From positions 21,929-85,928 of the forward strand of contig JBDHWW010000007.1 of NCBI GenBank assembly GCA_039810425.1: DNA of 64,000 bases, in the 5' to 3' direction. Shown piece by piece: positions 1-12,277 of this stretch (its first letter is position 1; every line of letters begins with the position of its first letter). Both the position numbers and the translations under genes were made by a program. The stretch comes from Pseudobdellovibrionaceae bacterium (GTDB taxonomy: Bacteria; Bdellovibrionota; Bdellovibrionia; Bdellovibrionales; Bdellovibrionaceae). The notes under the pieces were generated by a model. The model did not search any database. It was not told the origin of the DNA and saw nothing but the letters and a program-made list of their open reading frames with translations.

Positions 1-383
1 AAAAACGCAGTGAAGAATTGCGTGATGCAGAACTCTCTGGCGGAGTCAGTTTGGTCGGTCCACACAAGCACGATATTATATTTCTATATGGTCAAAAGGA
101 CTCACGTTTTTACTGTTCGCAGGGGCAGCAAAGAGCTATCATATTATCTTTCAAAATGGCTCAAATTGTGTATCATAGGAAGGCTCACGACGTTTACCCA
201 ATTTTGATGTTGGATGATGTCTTATCTGAACTCGATCAACAGAAGCGGGACTCACTGATTACGTTCTTACACGAGATCAATACCCAGATTTTTGTGACGA
301 CGACGGACCTCACTCTGCCAAAGAGTTTTTCTTTGGATGAAGTGGCTGTTTTAAAAATTAACAACGGGCAAATTCTTCAGTGA
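1..383 (+). CDS. recF: DNA replication/repair protein RecF, 3' part (runs off window start)
   Basis: Frame open from base 3; GPHKHD, SQGQQR and Walker-B-like ILMLDDVLSELD motifs; directly upstream of gyrB. Confidence 0.93.
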   Translation, partial: KRSEELRDAELSGGVSLVGPHKHDIIFLYGQKDSRFYCSQGQQRAIILSFKMAQIVYHRKAHDVYPILMLDDVLSELDQQKRDSLITFLHEINTQIFVTTTDLTLPKSFSLDEVAVLKINNGQILQ

Positions 384-398
384 TTTAATTTTAACTGA

Positions 399-2855
<2,457 letters not shown>

Positions 2856-2876
2856 TTAATTTTGAATTGGTGAGAT

Positions 2877-5339
2877 ATGGATAATAGTAATCAAGAAAAA
2901 GGCGTAACGGTCGTTGATATCAATAAGGAAATGCGCGATGCATATCTTCAATATTCGATGTCCGTTATCGTAGGCCGTGCTCTTCCAGACGTGCGTGACG
3001 GTTTGAAACCGGTTCATCGCCGCATTTTATTTGCCCAGCACGAACTGAGTAACACGCACGATAAACCTTATAAAAAATCTGCCCGCGTAGTCGGAGACGT
3101 GATGGGTAAATACCATCCGCATGGTGACGCTGCCATTTACGAAACAATGGTTCGTATGGCTCAGGACTTCTCTCTTCGCTACCCGTTGACGGATGGTCAG
3201 GGGAACTTCGGCTCTATCGATGGTGATAACGCCGCAGCCTCTCGATATACCGAAGTTCGTATGACGCGTTTGGCGGAAGAACTCCTCGCTGATATTGAAA
3301 AAGAAACAGTTCCGTTTGGTCCGAACTACGACGACTCTTTGGAAATTCCAACAGTTTTGCCAGCAAAGTATCCAAATCTTTTGGTGAATGGTTCTTCCGG
3401 CATTGCGGTTGGTATGGCGACGAATATTCCTCCGCACAATTTGGGCGAAGTGATCGACGGCGTGATCCACGTGATTAATAATCCTGAGTGCACGGTTGAT
3501 GATTTGATGGGCTTTGTAAAAGGCCCGGACTTCCCGACCGCTGGTGTGATTGCTGGGCGCGAAGGTATCATGCAGGCCTACAAAAAAGGCCGTGGCGTTA
3601 TCACTTTGAAAGCAGTTGCGGAAATCGTTCAAGCAAAAGATCGCGAAGAGATCATCATCAGCGAACTTCCTTACCAAGTGAACAAAGCAAAGCTGATTGA
3701 AAGCGTTGCTGACCTTGTTCGTGATAAACAAATCGAAGGCATCTCAGACATCCGCGATGAGTCTTCGCGCGAAGGTATGCGCATCGTAATTATTTTGAAG
3801 CGTGGTGAAAACGCGACCGTGATTTTGAATCGCCTGTACAAGTACACACAAATGCAAGTGAGCTTCGGTATCATCATGTTGGCTCTTGATAAGAGGAACC
3901 AGCCGGTCACTTTCAATTTGAAAAACATGTTGGAAGCATTCGTTGATCACCGCCGCGACGTTGTTACGAAGCGTTGTATTTTCGAACTAAAGAAGGCTCA
4001 AGAACGCGCCCACATTTTAGAAGGCTTGAAAAAAGCTCTCGATCATATCGATGAAGTGATTGCGACAATCAAAGCCTCTAAAGAAGCCAATGCGGCTCGC
4101 GAAGCTTTGATGGCGAAATTTGCATTCAGCGAACGGCAAGCCGTTGCGATCCTTGAAATGCGTTTGCAACGTTTGACCGGTTTAGAGAGAGATAAAATTC
4201 TTAATGAACTTGCGGAACTCATGAAACAAATCGATTGGTTGAAAATGGTTCTTGCGGACGTTCGTGAGATCTACAAAATCATCGTGGGAGAGCTTGAAGA
4301 TATTAGAAAGCGCTACGCAGACGAGCGTCGTACGCAAATCACGGGCGATTTGACCGATATTGAGGACGAAGACTTGATTGCTGATGAATCCATGGTTGTG
4401 ACGATCACGAACACGGGCTACATCAAGCGCATTCCGACTGAAGAATACCGCCTGCAAAAACGTGGCGGTAAAGGTCTTAAAGGCATCGAAACCAAAGAAG
4501 AAGATTACGTTACCAACATCTTTACGGCGAGCACGAAGACCATGCTCTTGGTGTTCACGGATAAAGGTAAGGTCTACTGGTGTAAAGTTCATAGACTCCC
4601 GCTTGGAAACCGCACCTCTAAGGGAAAAGCGATTGCGAATGTGGTTCAATTGGCTTCCGGAGAGAAGGTTCGTTCCATCCTCCCGATTGATCAATTCGAA
4701 GAGAACAAGTACATCGTTATGCTTACGGAAAAAGGGATTATCAAGAAGACCTCTTTGGATTCCTTCTCAAACCCTCGAACGGCCGGCTTGATTGCCCTGA
4801 CGACAGATTTGGACGATGCGATCATTGATTGCAAAATCTCTGATGGCACGAGTGATGTCTTCATAGCCACAAAAGATGGCATGTCGATTCGTTTCAATGA
4901 AAGTGATGTTCGTGGTATGGGCCGCACAGCCCGTGGTGTGAAAGGTATTACCTTGGCGAAAGACGATATCGTTATTGGTATGGAAGTTTTCGAAAAGGGC
5001 AGCAAAGATACCATCTTGATGGTGACCCAGGTCGGCTACGGCAAACGTTCTGAGCTTGAAGAGTACAGAATTCAAAGTCGTGGTGGCGTGGGCGTCATCA
5101 CGCAGAAAACCACGGATAAAGTTGGTATGGTTGTCGGCACGCGCAAAGTAAAAGCGACTCAAGAAGTGATCCTGTCGACTGATAAAGGTCAAAACATCCG
5201 TATGAAGGTTTCTGATATTTCTGTTCTTGGCAGAAATACCCAAGGTGTTCGCCTCATCAATCTTGGCGAAAAAGAGGAAATGGTAACAAGCCTTGCTGTC
5301 GTCGATGACGAAGAGGCAGCGGGCGAGGAAGTTCACTAA
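2877..5339 (+). CDS. gyrA: DNA gyrase subunit A
   Basis: [22 protein letters not shown], catalytic RYTE, GyrA-box QKRGGKG, C-terminal pinwheel repeats. Confidence 0.98.
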   Translation: MDNSNQEKGVTVVDINKEMRDAYLQYSMSVIVGRALPDVRDGLKPVHRRILFAQHELSNTHDKPYKKSARVVGDVMGKYHPHGDAAIYETMVRMAQDFSLRYPLTDGQGNFGSIDGDNAAASRYTEVRMTRLAEELLADIEKETVPFGPNYDDSLEIPTVLPAKYPNLLVNGSSGIAVGMATNIPPHNLGEVIDGVIHVINNPECTVDDLMGFVKGPDFPTAGVIAGREGIMQAYKKGRGVITLKAVAEIVQAKDREEIIISELPYQVNKAKLIESVADLVRDKQIEGISDIRDESSREGMRIVIILKRGENATVILNRLYKYTQMQVSFGIIMLALDKRNQPVTFNLKNMLEAFVDHRRDVVTKRCIFELKKAQERAHILEGLKKALDHIDEVIATIKASKEANAAREALMAKFAFSERQAVAILEMRLQRLTGLERDKILNELAELMKQIDWLKMVLADVREIYKIIVGELEDIRKRYADERRTQITGDLTDIEDEDLIADESMVVTITNTGYIKRIPTEEYRLQKRGGKGLKGIETKEEDYVTNIFTASTKTMLLVFTDKGKVYWCKVHRLPLGNRTSKGKAIANVVQLASGEKVRSILPIDQFEENKYIVMLTEKGIIKKTSLDSFSNPRTAGLIALTTDLDDAIIDCKISDGTSDVFIATKDGMSIRFNESDVRGMGRTARGVKGITLAKDDIVIGMEVFEKGSKDTILMVTQVGYGKRSELEEYRIQSRGGVGVITQKTTDKVGMVVGTRKVKATQEVILSTDKGQNIRMKVSDISVLGRNTQGVRLINLGEKEEMVTSLAVVDDEEAAGEEVH

Positions 5340-5340
5340 G

Positions 5341-6141
5341 ATGTTCAAGCGGGTGCTGATCGTTGGCCTTACTCTCGGTCTCAGCGCCTGCTCGCCTCCG
5401 GAAGCGAAAGATTACAAGCAGGCCCAGGAGAATGTTACCCAAGGCCACCACCAGGCGGCCCTATCAAGTCTTGATCGCGTGCTAAAACGGGCCCCCGACA
5501 GTGAGTATGCCGTGAAGGCCGCCCGTGACGGTGCTCGAATCGCTTCTCTAGAACTCAAAGATTATAAAAAAGCCGTCGATTACTATCAATTTTTGGTTTT
5601 GCATTCGCCGGACCCTGAAGAGCGTTTGAGTTCCCAGAAGCAGCTTGCCTCCATCTACTTTGATCAACTTCAAAACTATGACAAAGCTATTCTTGAGCTG
5701 AACAAACTGGTGCGCAGCACGGCGTCTGACATCGAAGTCGCTCGATACAAGCTAGATATTGCACGTGCGAACTATTACCAGAACAACTTCTTTCAAGCCC
5801 ATAGTGAGCTGGATGACTTGCTGAAGTTGAACATCGATGATGAAGAAAGATTCTCTGCATGGGTTTTAAAAAGTAATATCCACATTGCTCTTAAAGAATA
5901 CGCAAAGGCGATTGAGATTCTTAAAAAGATCACGGCGACTTTTCCGCAAAAATCCCTGCAGGAAAACGTGTATCAGACACTCGCCGTCTGTTATGAAGAA
6001 AGTGATAACTTTGCAGAGGCCATAAAAACTTTGGAGTCCGTAAAAGATAAGTATCCGCAGCCAGAGTATATAGAGATTCGGATAAAACGCTTAAAAGATA
6101 GGCAGAAAAACCGCCCAGGGGCACGGGGGCTTCGAAAGTAA
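5341..6141 (+). CDS. TPR-repeat lipoprotein
   Basis: ATG at 5341 gives MFKRVLIVGLTLGLSAC (lipobox), followed by TPR-like helical repeats. Confidence 0.75.
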   Translation: MFKRVLIVGLTLGLSACSPPEAKDYKQAQENVTQGHHQAALSSLDRVLKRAPDSEYAVKAARDGARIASLELKDYKKAVDYYQFLVLHSPDPEERLSSQKQLASIYFDQLQNYDKAILELNKLVRSTASDIEVARYKLDIARANYYQNNFFQAHSELDDLLKLNIDDEERFSAWVLKSNIHIALKEYAKAIEILKKITATFPQKSLQENVYQTLAVCYEESDNFAEAIKTLESVKDKYPQPEYIEIRIKRLKDRQKNRPGARGLRK

Positions 6142-6353
6142 TGAAAAAGTACCTGATTTTTACGTCGATCGGTTTTGAGCTCGTTGGGATTATGGTTGCT
6201 TCGATTTATTTAGGTCAGACAATTGATAAAACCTATCAAACAAAGGGTTTAGCATTAATTGCATTGATGTTCATTGGACTCGCCAGTTGGCTGACCCATG
6301 TGATACTTCTTCTTCGCCGCTTTCAAAAAGACGAACCCGAAGATAAAGAATAA
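6141..6353 (+). CDS. atpZ: AtpZ/AtpI-family F0 accessory protein
   Basis: 70 aa, two TM helices, IGFELV..YLG..ID pattern; first gene of the atp block. Confidence 0.75.
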   Translation: MKKYLIFTSIGFELVGIMVASIYLGQTIDKTYQTKGLALIALMFIGLASWLTHVILLLRRFQKDEPEDKE

Positions 6354-6355
6354 CA

Positions 6356-6718
6356 ATGAGAATAGTTCTTTTATTTCAGCTACTTATAATTTCAATAGGC
6401 TACGGCGTATTGCGTGCTGGCGGGCCGCAGTATTCAGATCTGTCTTTTGGTGTCGGCGGCTTGATTGTTACGGGGAACTTTATTTTTCTCGGATCGGGTT
6501 GGAAATTGGTTTTTCGTAAAAAACTGATTGCCCTGTCCGTTCTTATCATTGTATTTAAGTACGCGATTTTAGGAGTCATTATTTATCATTTCGTGAAGCA
6601 GAGCTGGCTGCAACCTTTTTGGTTCGCAACCGGAGTTGCTACCATGATGGGCGCCTCCTTAATCTATGCGTTAACACAGAGGTTTTTTGAAAAAGAACCC
6701 GAAGAAACAAAAGAGTAA
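6356..6718 (+). CDS. atpI: ATP synthase subunit I-like membrane protein
   Basis: Four hydrophobic helices, 120 aa, directly before atpB. Confidence 0.7.
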   Translation: MRIVLLFQLLIISIGYGVLRAGGPQYSDLSFGVGGLIVTGNFIFLGSGWKLVFRKKLIALSVLIIVFKYAILGVIIYHFVKQSWLQPFWFATGVATMMGASLIYALTQRFFEKEPEETKE

Positions 6719-6721
6719 AGC

Positions 6722-7417
6722 ATGGCTTTTAACTGGACACAGCTAATTCCTCAAGTCGGTCACGATCACGATAAAGTCGCAGTTGCGACTTTTGCTATCA
6801 CAAGCATTGCTCTGGTTTTTGTGGGTCTTCTGGGGCGTGCATCTCTTGGTAAAGGGGATGTTGCGGTTGTTCCTGTGGGCAGGTTCTCTCTTCGCGGAGT
6901 CTTGGAACTCATTACTGAGTTCATTGCAAATCTGGTCGACACTGTTATTGGCCACCATGGCCGTCATTTCACACCAATGTTTACGGCGGTTTTTTTCTTC
7001 GTATTCGTGAACAACATGGTGGGTGTTATTCCTGGCATGACTCCCGCTACTGAAAACATCAATACTACCTTCGGTATGGGTCTTTTCATGTTTCTTGCTT
7101 ACAACACACTTGGCATCAAAGAGAACGGGATCGTGGCCTATCTTAAGCATTTCATGGGCCCGGTGGTTTTTTTGGCGCCTTTGATGTTTGTGATCGAACT
7201 CGTATCTCACTTTGTGCGTCCCTTTAGCTTGGGACTTCGCTTGGCGAATGTCATGATGGGTGATCACACAGTTGTATCTGTGTTCTTGGATTTGATTCCA
7301 ATCGGCGTACCACTTCCATTCTATATCATGGGTTTGTTCGTCGCTTTCGTTCAGGCATTTGTTTTTACGTTATTGTCTATGGTGTACGTCGCGTTCGCAA
7401 CAGCACACGATCACTAA
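6722..7417 (+). CDS. atpB: F0F1 ATP synthase subunit a
   Basis: RPFSLGLRLAN with the essential Arg; VQAFVFTLLS. Confidence 0.97.
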   Translation: MAFNWTQLIPQVGHDHDKVAVATFAITSIALVFVGLLGRASLGKGDVAVVPVGRFSLRGVLELITEFIANLVDTVIGHHGRHFTPMFTAVFFFVFVNNMVGVIPGMTPATENINTTFGMGLFMFLAYNTLGIKENGIVAYLKHFMGPVVFLAPLMFVIELVSHFVRPFSLGLRLANVMMGDHTVVSVFLDLIPIGVPLPFYIMGLFVAFVQAFVFTLLSMVYVAFATAHDH

Positions 7418-7462
7418 TAGTCAGATAAATTTATTAAAATAGAAGTTAAAAGGAGAACACTA

Positions 7463-7774
7463 ATGAAAAACTTCAGCAAAAAAATGATCGTAGCTTTGGC
7501 TTCAACAATGGTAGCTGCACCAGCATTCGCGCAAGAAGCGGCGGCGGCTCCAGCAGAAAAACAAGGCTTGGTTGCAATCGCAGCGGCTTTGGCAATTGGT
7601 TTGGCAGCATTCGGTGGTGCGATGGCCCAGGGCAAAGCAGCTTCTTCTGCTTTGGAAGGTATCTCTCGCAATCCAGCAGCGTCTGGCAAAATCTTGACTC
7701 CAATGATCATCGGCTTGGCTCTTATCGAGTCTCTCGTGATCTACGCTCTTTTGATCGCTTTGCGCCTTTCTTAA
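7463..7774 (+). CDS. atpE: F0F1 ATP synthase subunit c with N-terminal signal-like extension
   Basis: RNP loop, ion-binding IES motif, AGGAG RBS. Confidence 0.96.
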   Translation: MKNFSKKMIVALASTMVAAPAFAQEAAAAPAEKQGLVAIAAALAIGLAAFGGAMAQGKAASSALEGISRNPAASGKILTPMIIGLALIESLVIYALLIALRLS

Positions 7775-7800
7775 TTTTAAGACCGGAACATTCAATCGAA

Positions 7801-7892
7801 TAACAAAAAAGGCTGCCTTTAGCCCTTACTATTACCCACATCTTTTACCGGATGTGGGTAATAGTAAGGGCTAAAGGCAGCCTTTTTTGTTA
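7801..7892. repeat. 42-bp perfect inverted repeat with 8-nt loop; probable bidirectional terminator or MITE-like element
   Basis: 7801-7842 is the exact reverse complement of 7851-7892; A6/T6 tracts near the ends; lies between convergent atpE and pgm. Confidence 0.9.
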
Positions 7893-7963
7893 AAAATCGT
7901 GGAATTCCCGAGGACGTTCGCTTTGAATCAATAGTCAATTCCGAAAAGCGACCTGGTACCTTT

Positions 7964-9328
7964 TTAGAGGTATTTGTTAACGATGGATTCGACTTTGTTG
8001 CGGATTCTGTCGAGACCCGATTGGGTTGTTGCTTCGTAACGTACAACTAAAACGGGCTGAGTGTTAGAAGCGCGGCAAAGCGCCCAGCCGTCTGCAAAGC
8101 TTAGGCGGATTCCATCGATCAAGTTTGCTTTGAAGTCTGGTCCGCCCTTGCCGAAAGCCTCAATCATCTTTTCAACGATCAATACTTTCTTCTCTTCGGT
8201 CGTGTCGATGCGAATTTCTGGGGTGTTGAATGCCGGCGGTAACCCCTCCAAAAGCTGCGGGATGTTTTTGCCGGTCTTGTGCAAGATTTCTACGAGCCTC
8301 AGGGCCGCGTAAGGAGCATCGTCGTAACCGAAGTTTCTATCCGCGAAAAACACGTGCCCGCTCATTTCACCGCCGAAAGGCGCGTGCTCAACTTTGATTT
8401 TTTCTTTTACAAGGCTGTGGCCCGTTTTCCACATGATAGGAGCGCCGCCGTGCTTAGCGATATCATCATAAAGACGATCAGAGCACTTCACGTCGCCAAC
8501 AATTTTAGCACCTTTTTGAGTGGCGAGAATCGACCGAGAGATAACAACCATCAACTCATCACCGTAAATCATACGACCGGTGTGATCGACAACGCCAATA
8601 CGATCCGCATCTCCGTCAAAGCCGATGCCACAAACGGCCCCCTCTTTGAGAACTTGCGCGCGAAGATCTTTTAGGTTCTTTTCCACCGTTGGATCTGGAT
8701 GGTGATTTGGGAAGCGGCCATCTGGTTCTTCAAATAAGATCGTTGGATTCAGGCCAACGGCATTGAAAAGGCCGCGAGCTACAACGCCGCCAGCACCATT
8801 GCCGCAATCCAAAACAACCTTGACGTTGCCGAGGTTGCCGAATTCTTTTTTGTATTTCTCAAAGTACGCAGGGAAAATATTGTGGTTGGAAACAGTTCCT
8901 TTACCAGTCAGGAATTGGCCCTTTTCCATAATTTTGCGAAGCTTTTGAATCTCCTCACCGAAAATTGTAGCCTTACCAACAGAGATTTTAAAGCCATTGT
9001 AATCCGGAGGATTGTGACTGCCAGTCACCTGAATCGCACCGTCAACAGGCAAAGTAAAGGTCGCGAAATAACATACCGGGCTTGTGACAAGACCCAAGTG
9101 AATAACACTGCCGCCGGATTCAGTGATCCCTTTAGTAAGAGCATTGACGATGTTAGGAGAAGACAAGCGTGCGTCGTTACCAAGAGCGACTGTCGGATTT
9201 GAAACGCCCTTGTTTTCTTTCATGTAAACGACATAAGAGCGACCGAGTAACTCAGCAAAAGAGTCGTCGAAATCGCCGTTGTAAACACCGCGGATATCGT
9301 ATTCTCTAAAGATGACTGGTTTAAACAT
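7964..9328 (-). CDS. Phosphomannomutase/phosphoglucomutase
   Basis: IFREYDIRG, phosphoserine loop TGSHNP, metal loop FDGDADR, GEMSGH; ATG at 9328 preferred. Confidence 0.95.
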   Translation of the reverse strand: MFKPVIFREYDIRGVYNGDFDDSFAELLGRSYVVYMKENKGVSNPTVALGNDARLSSPNIVNALTKGITESGGSVIHLGLVTSPVCYFATFTLPVDGAIQVTGSHNPPDYNGFKISVGKATIFGEEIQKLRKIMEKGQFLTGKGTVSNHNIFPAYFEKYKKEFGNLGNVKVVLDCGNGAGGVVARGLFNAVGLNPTILFEEPDGRFPNHHPDPTVEKNLKDLRAQVLKEGAVCGIGFDGDADRIGVVDHTGRMIYGDELMVVISRSILATQKGAKIVGDVKCSDRLYDDIAKHGGAPIMWKTGHSLVKEKIKVEHAPFGGEMSGHVFFADRNFGYDDAPYAALRLVEILHKTGKNIPQLLEGLPPAFNTPEIRIDTTEEKKVLIVEKMIEAFGKGGPDFKANLIDGIRLSFADGWALCRASNTQPVLVVRYEATTQSGLDRIRNKVESIVNKYL

Positions 9329-9360
9329 TTGAAACCTCTTTTGTGAATTAAAACACCAAG

Positions 9361-10341
9361 TTATAGATTTTTTGCCAAGCGGAGACAAGCTTGGACTGCG
9401 TCAATCATCGAGTTCGCAAGAGCCTTGTTCTTGCCGAAGAGATCCTTCGCCGTGCCGTGATCGACACTGGTACGAACAAAGGGAATTCCGAGGGAAATAT
9501 GCACGCCGCTCTTTTGGCCGTGAATAGTTTTAAAAGGAATGAGCCCTTGATCGTGGTACATCGCCAGGTAAACGGAAAATTTTTTCCAATTTTCTTCTAA
9601 AAAAGCGACGTCAGGGACCAAAGGTCCTATGAGAGGAATCTTTGCCTTTTGGGCTTCCGAAATAGCGATCATGATATCGGTCTGTTCTTCGAGACCAATC
9701 AACCCCTCTTCGCCGGCATGAGGATTTAAGCCCAAGACTGCGATAGGTTTCTTTTGTAGCGGCTTTGGCAGCTTCAGGCGAAGACTATTTGCCGCCTCAA
9801 TTCCGGAGAGAAGCTCTCGGACCGTTAGGTGATGTGGCACCTGGGACAAGGGAATGTGGGCTGTATTAAGAACAACGTTGAACTTATCTCCAATAAAACC
9901 CATGTGCACCTTGTGGGCCCCTGAGACGCGTTTGAGGATATCAGTGTGGCCCATATCTTTAAGTCCGGCGCGATGAATTTCGGTTTTAGAAAGAGGGCCC
10001 GTCACCATGCCGTTGATTTGTTTTTGCTGGCACCAGATCGTCGTTTGTTGAACCCATAAAGCCGGAGAATCAGAAGAGACAATCTCTACAAGGTGATTCG
10101 ACGTCATGTCTGCAGATTGTAAGTAACCCAGCGCTTTCATTGGCGAGGTAAAGCTGACGAGCCTAAATTTCTTAGAGAGGCTTTTCAGGCTCCTTGGAAA
10201 GGCGTTCTCGCCCCGCCAAAGGAGAAAGTGTACACCACGTTGAGGGCCGAGCTTGAGCAACGCTTTTTCGGTGATCTCGAGACCGATGCCGTCAATATCC
10301 CCAGTGGTGATCGCAATCTTTAAAGCGGACCCGGCTTTCAT
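9361..10341 (-). CDS. pdxA: 4-hydroxythreonine-4-phosphate dehydrogenase
   Basis: GLNPHAGE, AMYHDQGL, RTSVDHGTA. Confidence 0.93.
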   Translation of the reverse strand: MKAGSALKIAITTGDIDGIGLEITEKALLKLGPQRGVHFLLWRGENAFPRSLKSLSKKFRLVSFTSPMKALGYLQSADMTSNHLVEIVSSDSPALWVQQTTIWCQQKQINGMVTGPLSKTEIHRAGLKDMGHTDILKRVSGAHKVHMGFIGDKFNVVLNTAHIPLSQVPHHLTVRELLSGIEAANSLRLKLPKPLQKKPIAVLGLNPHAGEEGLIGLEEQTDIMIAISEAQKAKIPLIGPLVPDVAFLEENWKKFSVYLAMYHDQGLIPFKTIHGQKSGVHISLGIPFVRTSVDHGTAKDLFGKNKALANSMIDAVQACLRLAKNL

Positions 10342-10343
10342 GG

Positions 10344-11297
10344 CTACTTTTCGTTGATACGAATGAAAGACTCTTCGCGCTTTGACTGAAGCCAGTTTTT
10401 CATTTGGCGCTTAAAGTTCTGTTCAAAAAGAGCAGACTTAATACGCTCTTTTTCGCGTTCAAACTTAGGGTCTGTCGTCAGCTTCTTACCAAGAAGCTTC
10501 GCGATGTGGTAACCCATGCGGGACTTCACGATACCGGTTGTTTGGCCAGGGTTGAGATTCTGAATAGAGGCCTCAACCTCCTTCAAGAACTCGCCGGATT
10601 TAAAAGTTCCCAGCAAGCCACCCGTTGTGAAGTTAGGATCTTCGCTATTTTGCTCGGCGAGAGTCTCAAAGCTTTCGCCTTGGCGAAGCTTTTCAAGCAC
10701 ATTCTGGGCGCGTTTGTAAGCCTCATCGGCACCCCCCTTTTTCGGGTTAAAAAAGATATGAGCAATGGTGAACTCATTAACGCTCGACTTGTTTTCCGGG
10801 TTTTTCTTAAGGTATTCCGCCAACGCATCATCATCAGAAATACGAAGCTTAGAGATGATTTCAGATTCGATTAAAGACTGCTTTTCTATTTTTTCCTTCA
10901 AAAACGCCTGATACTCTGATTGGGAAATACCTTGAGCTTTAAAGGCCGCGAGGATTTCTGGAACAGAGGCGTTATTCTTTTTCGCCATATCTTTGATCTC
11001 TTGATCAACACGCTCCATGGTCACGTTGTGATTCAAACGGTTGATTTCGGATTGCATGATCTTTTCGTTGATCAGGTATTCAAGCTGAACCTTGCGGTCT
11101 TTCTTTAGATCTTCAACCGACTTACCCATCAAGAGGCTGTCGTCGATTAAAGCGGGAGTTTTCAATTTATGCTGAAGATCCTTGAAATCAGACTCAAGAA
11201 CGATTTCGTTGTTTACTATGGCAACGATGCGCTCAACCACCTCGGCTTTTGCACCAAAGGGAATCAGCAATAAGAAAGAGAGAAGTAATTTATTCAT
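10344..11297 (-). CDS. surA: SurA-family periplasmic chaperone/PPIase
   Basis: Signal peptide, VERIVAIVNNEIVL SurA N-domain, parvulin domain; directly upstream of pdxA. Confidence 0.8.
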   Translation of the reverse strand: MNKLLLSFLLLIPFGAKAEVVERIVAIVNNEIVLESDFKDLQHKLKTPALIDDSLLMGKSVEDLKKDRKVQLEYLINEKIMQSEINRLNHNVTMERVDQEIKDMAKKNNASVPEILAAFKAQGISQSEYQAFLKEKIEKQSLIESEIISKLRISDDDALAEYLKKNPENKSSVNEFTIAHIFFNPKKGGADEAYKRAQNVLEKLRQGESFETLAEQNSEDPNFTTGGLLGTFKSGEFLKEVEASIQNLNPGQTTGIVKSRMGYHIAKLLGKKLTTDPKFEREKERIKSALFEQNFKRQMKNWLQSKREESFIRINEK

Positions 11298-12270
11298 TTT
11301 CAGTCCTCGTTTCGACAACGATCGAATTGATCAGATCATTGTCTCTGAGAACCTTACTACTTCTGAGTTGGGCATCCAACCATTTTACGAACTCAGCCTG
11401 CTCACGCTGCGCAGTTAAAGTGCGGGCTATTTGATTACGCACCTCTTCCATCGGCGTAGTGCCGGCGGGAGCCTTTTTTTCTATTTTTACGACGTGATAG
11501 CCAAACGGGCTCTTGAGCTGCGTCACGCTGCCGACGGGGGATTTAAACAAAGGATCAAAGAAATCCACAGTGCCAATCTCGATCCAGCCCACAAGGCCTC
11601 CGGCCTTGGCTTCGGGGGCTGTAGAGTACTTCTTAGCAAGTTCGGAGAAGTCTTTGGTCTTAACCTGGGACCTGAGAAGGTCCGCCTTCCCCTGCTCATC
11701 TGTCACGATTTGGCGAAGGTAAACCCGCTCTTTCTTCTTAAACTGCTCTTTATGTTCATCGTAGTAGCGTTTGACCTCACTGTCCGTTGGCGGCGTTACG
11801 CGCTCATTGAGCTTTTTAAACACGGCACGCTCAATCAGCGTGTAGCGAAGTTCCTCACGCCACTCAGAAAAAGAAAGGTTCTCCTGCGCAAGCAGCCGGC
11901 GGAAAGACAAATCATCTGGGTAGTTCGCGCGGTACTTATCCACCTCTTTATCCAGATCGCCCTCGGTGACAGAGAGGCTGTTGGCGCGGGCCCAATCCAG
12001 AGTCAGAGATTTAACAATGAAGGACCGTAAGAGCTCTTCTTTGGTCCTATGGACAGTGGCGGGGTCTTTTGCAGTTAGAGCATCGAGGTCTTTGAGCTTT
12101 CTTGCGAGCTGATTTGAGAACTCTTTGGCCGTCAATACATGATCATTTACCTTCACCACAGGTTTGGATGAAAGCTTTTGATAATTCGATGTGCAGGCAC
12201 CACCAGCAAACATCAGACCCAAAATAAAAAGCCCCGTTTGTGCGGGGCTCTTAAGAAACTTCATGTGCAA
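11290..12270 (-). CDS. Parvulin-type peptidyl-prolyl isomerase lipoprotein (PrsA/SurA-like)
   Basis: Lipobox-like GGAC, FSELAKKYS..GGLVGW, SPFGYHVVK. Confidence 0.85.
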   Translation of the reverse strand: MHMKFLKSPAQTGLFILGLMFAGGACTSNYQKLSSKPVVKVNDHVLTAKEFSNQLARKLKDLDALTAKDPATVHRTKEELLRSFIVKSLTLDWARANSLSVTEGDLDKEVDKYRANYPDDLSFRRLLAQENLSFSEWREELRYTLIERAVFKKLNERVTPPTDSEVKRYYDEHKEQFKKKERVYLRQIVTDEQGKADLLRSQVKTKDFSELAKKYSTAPEAKAGGLVGWIEIGTVDFFDPLFKSPVGSVTQLKSPFGYHVVKIEKKAPAGTTPMEEVRNQIARTLTAQREQAEFVKWLDAQLRSSKVLRDNDLINSIVVETRTENE

Positions 12271-12277
12271 GATTCCC

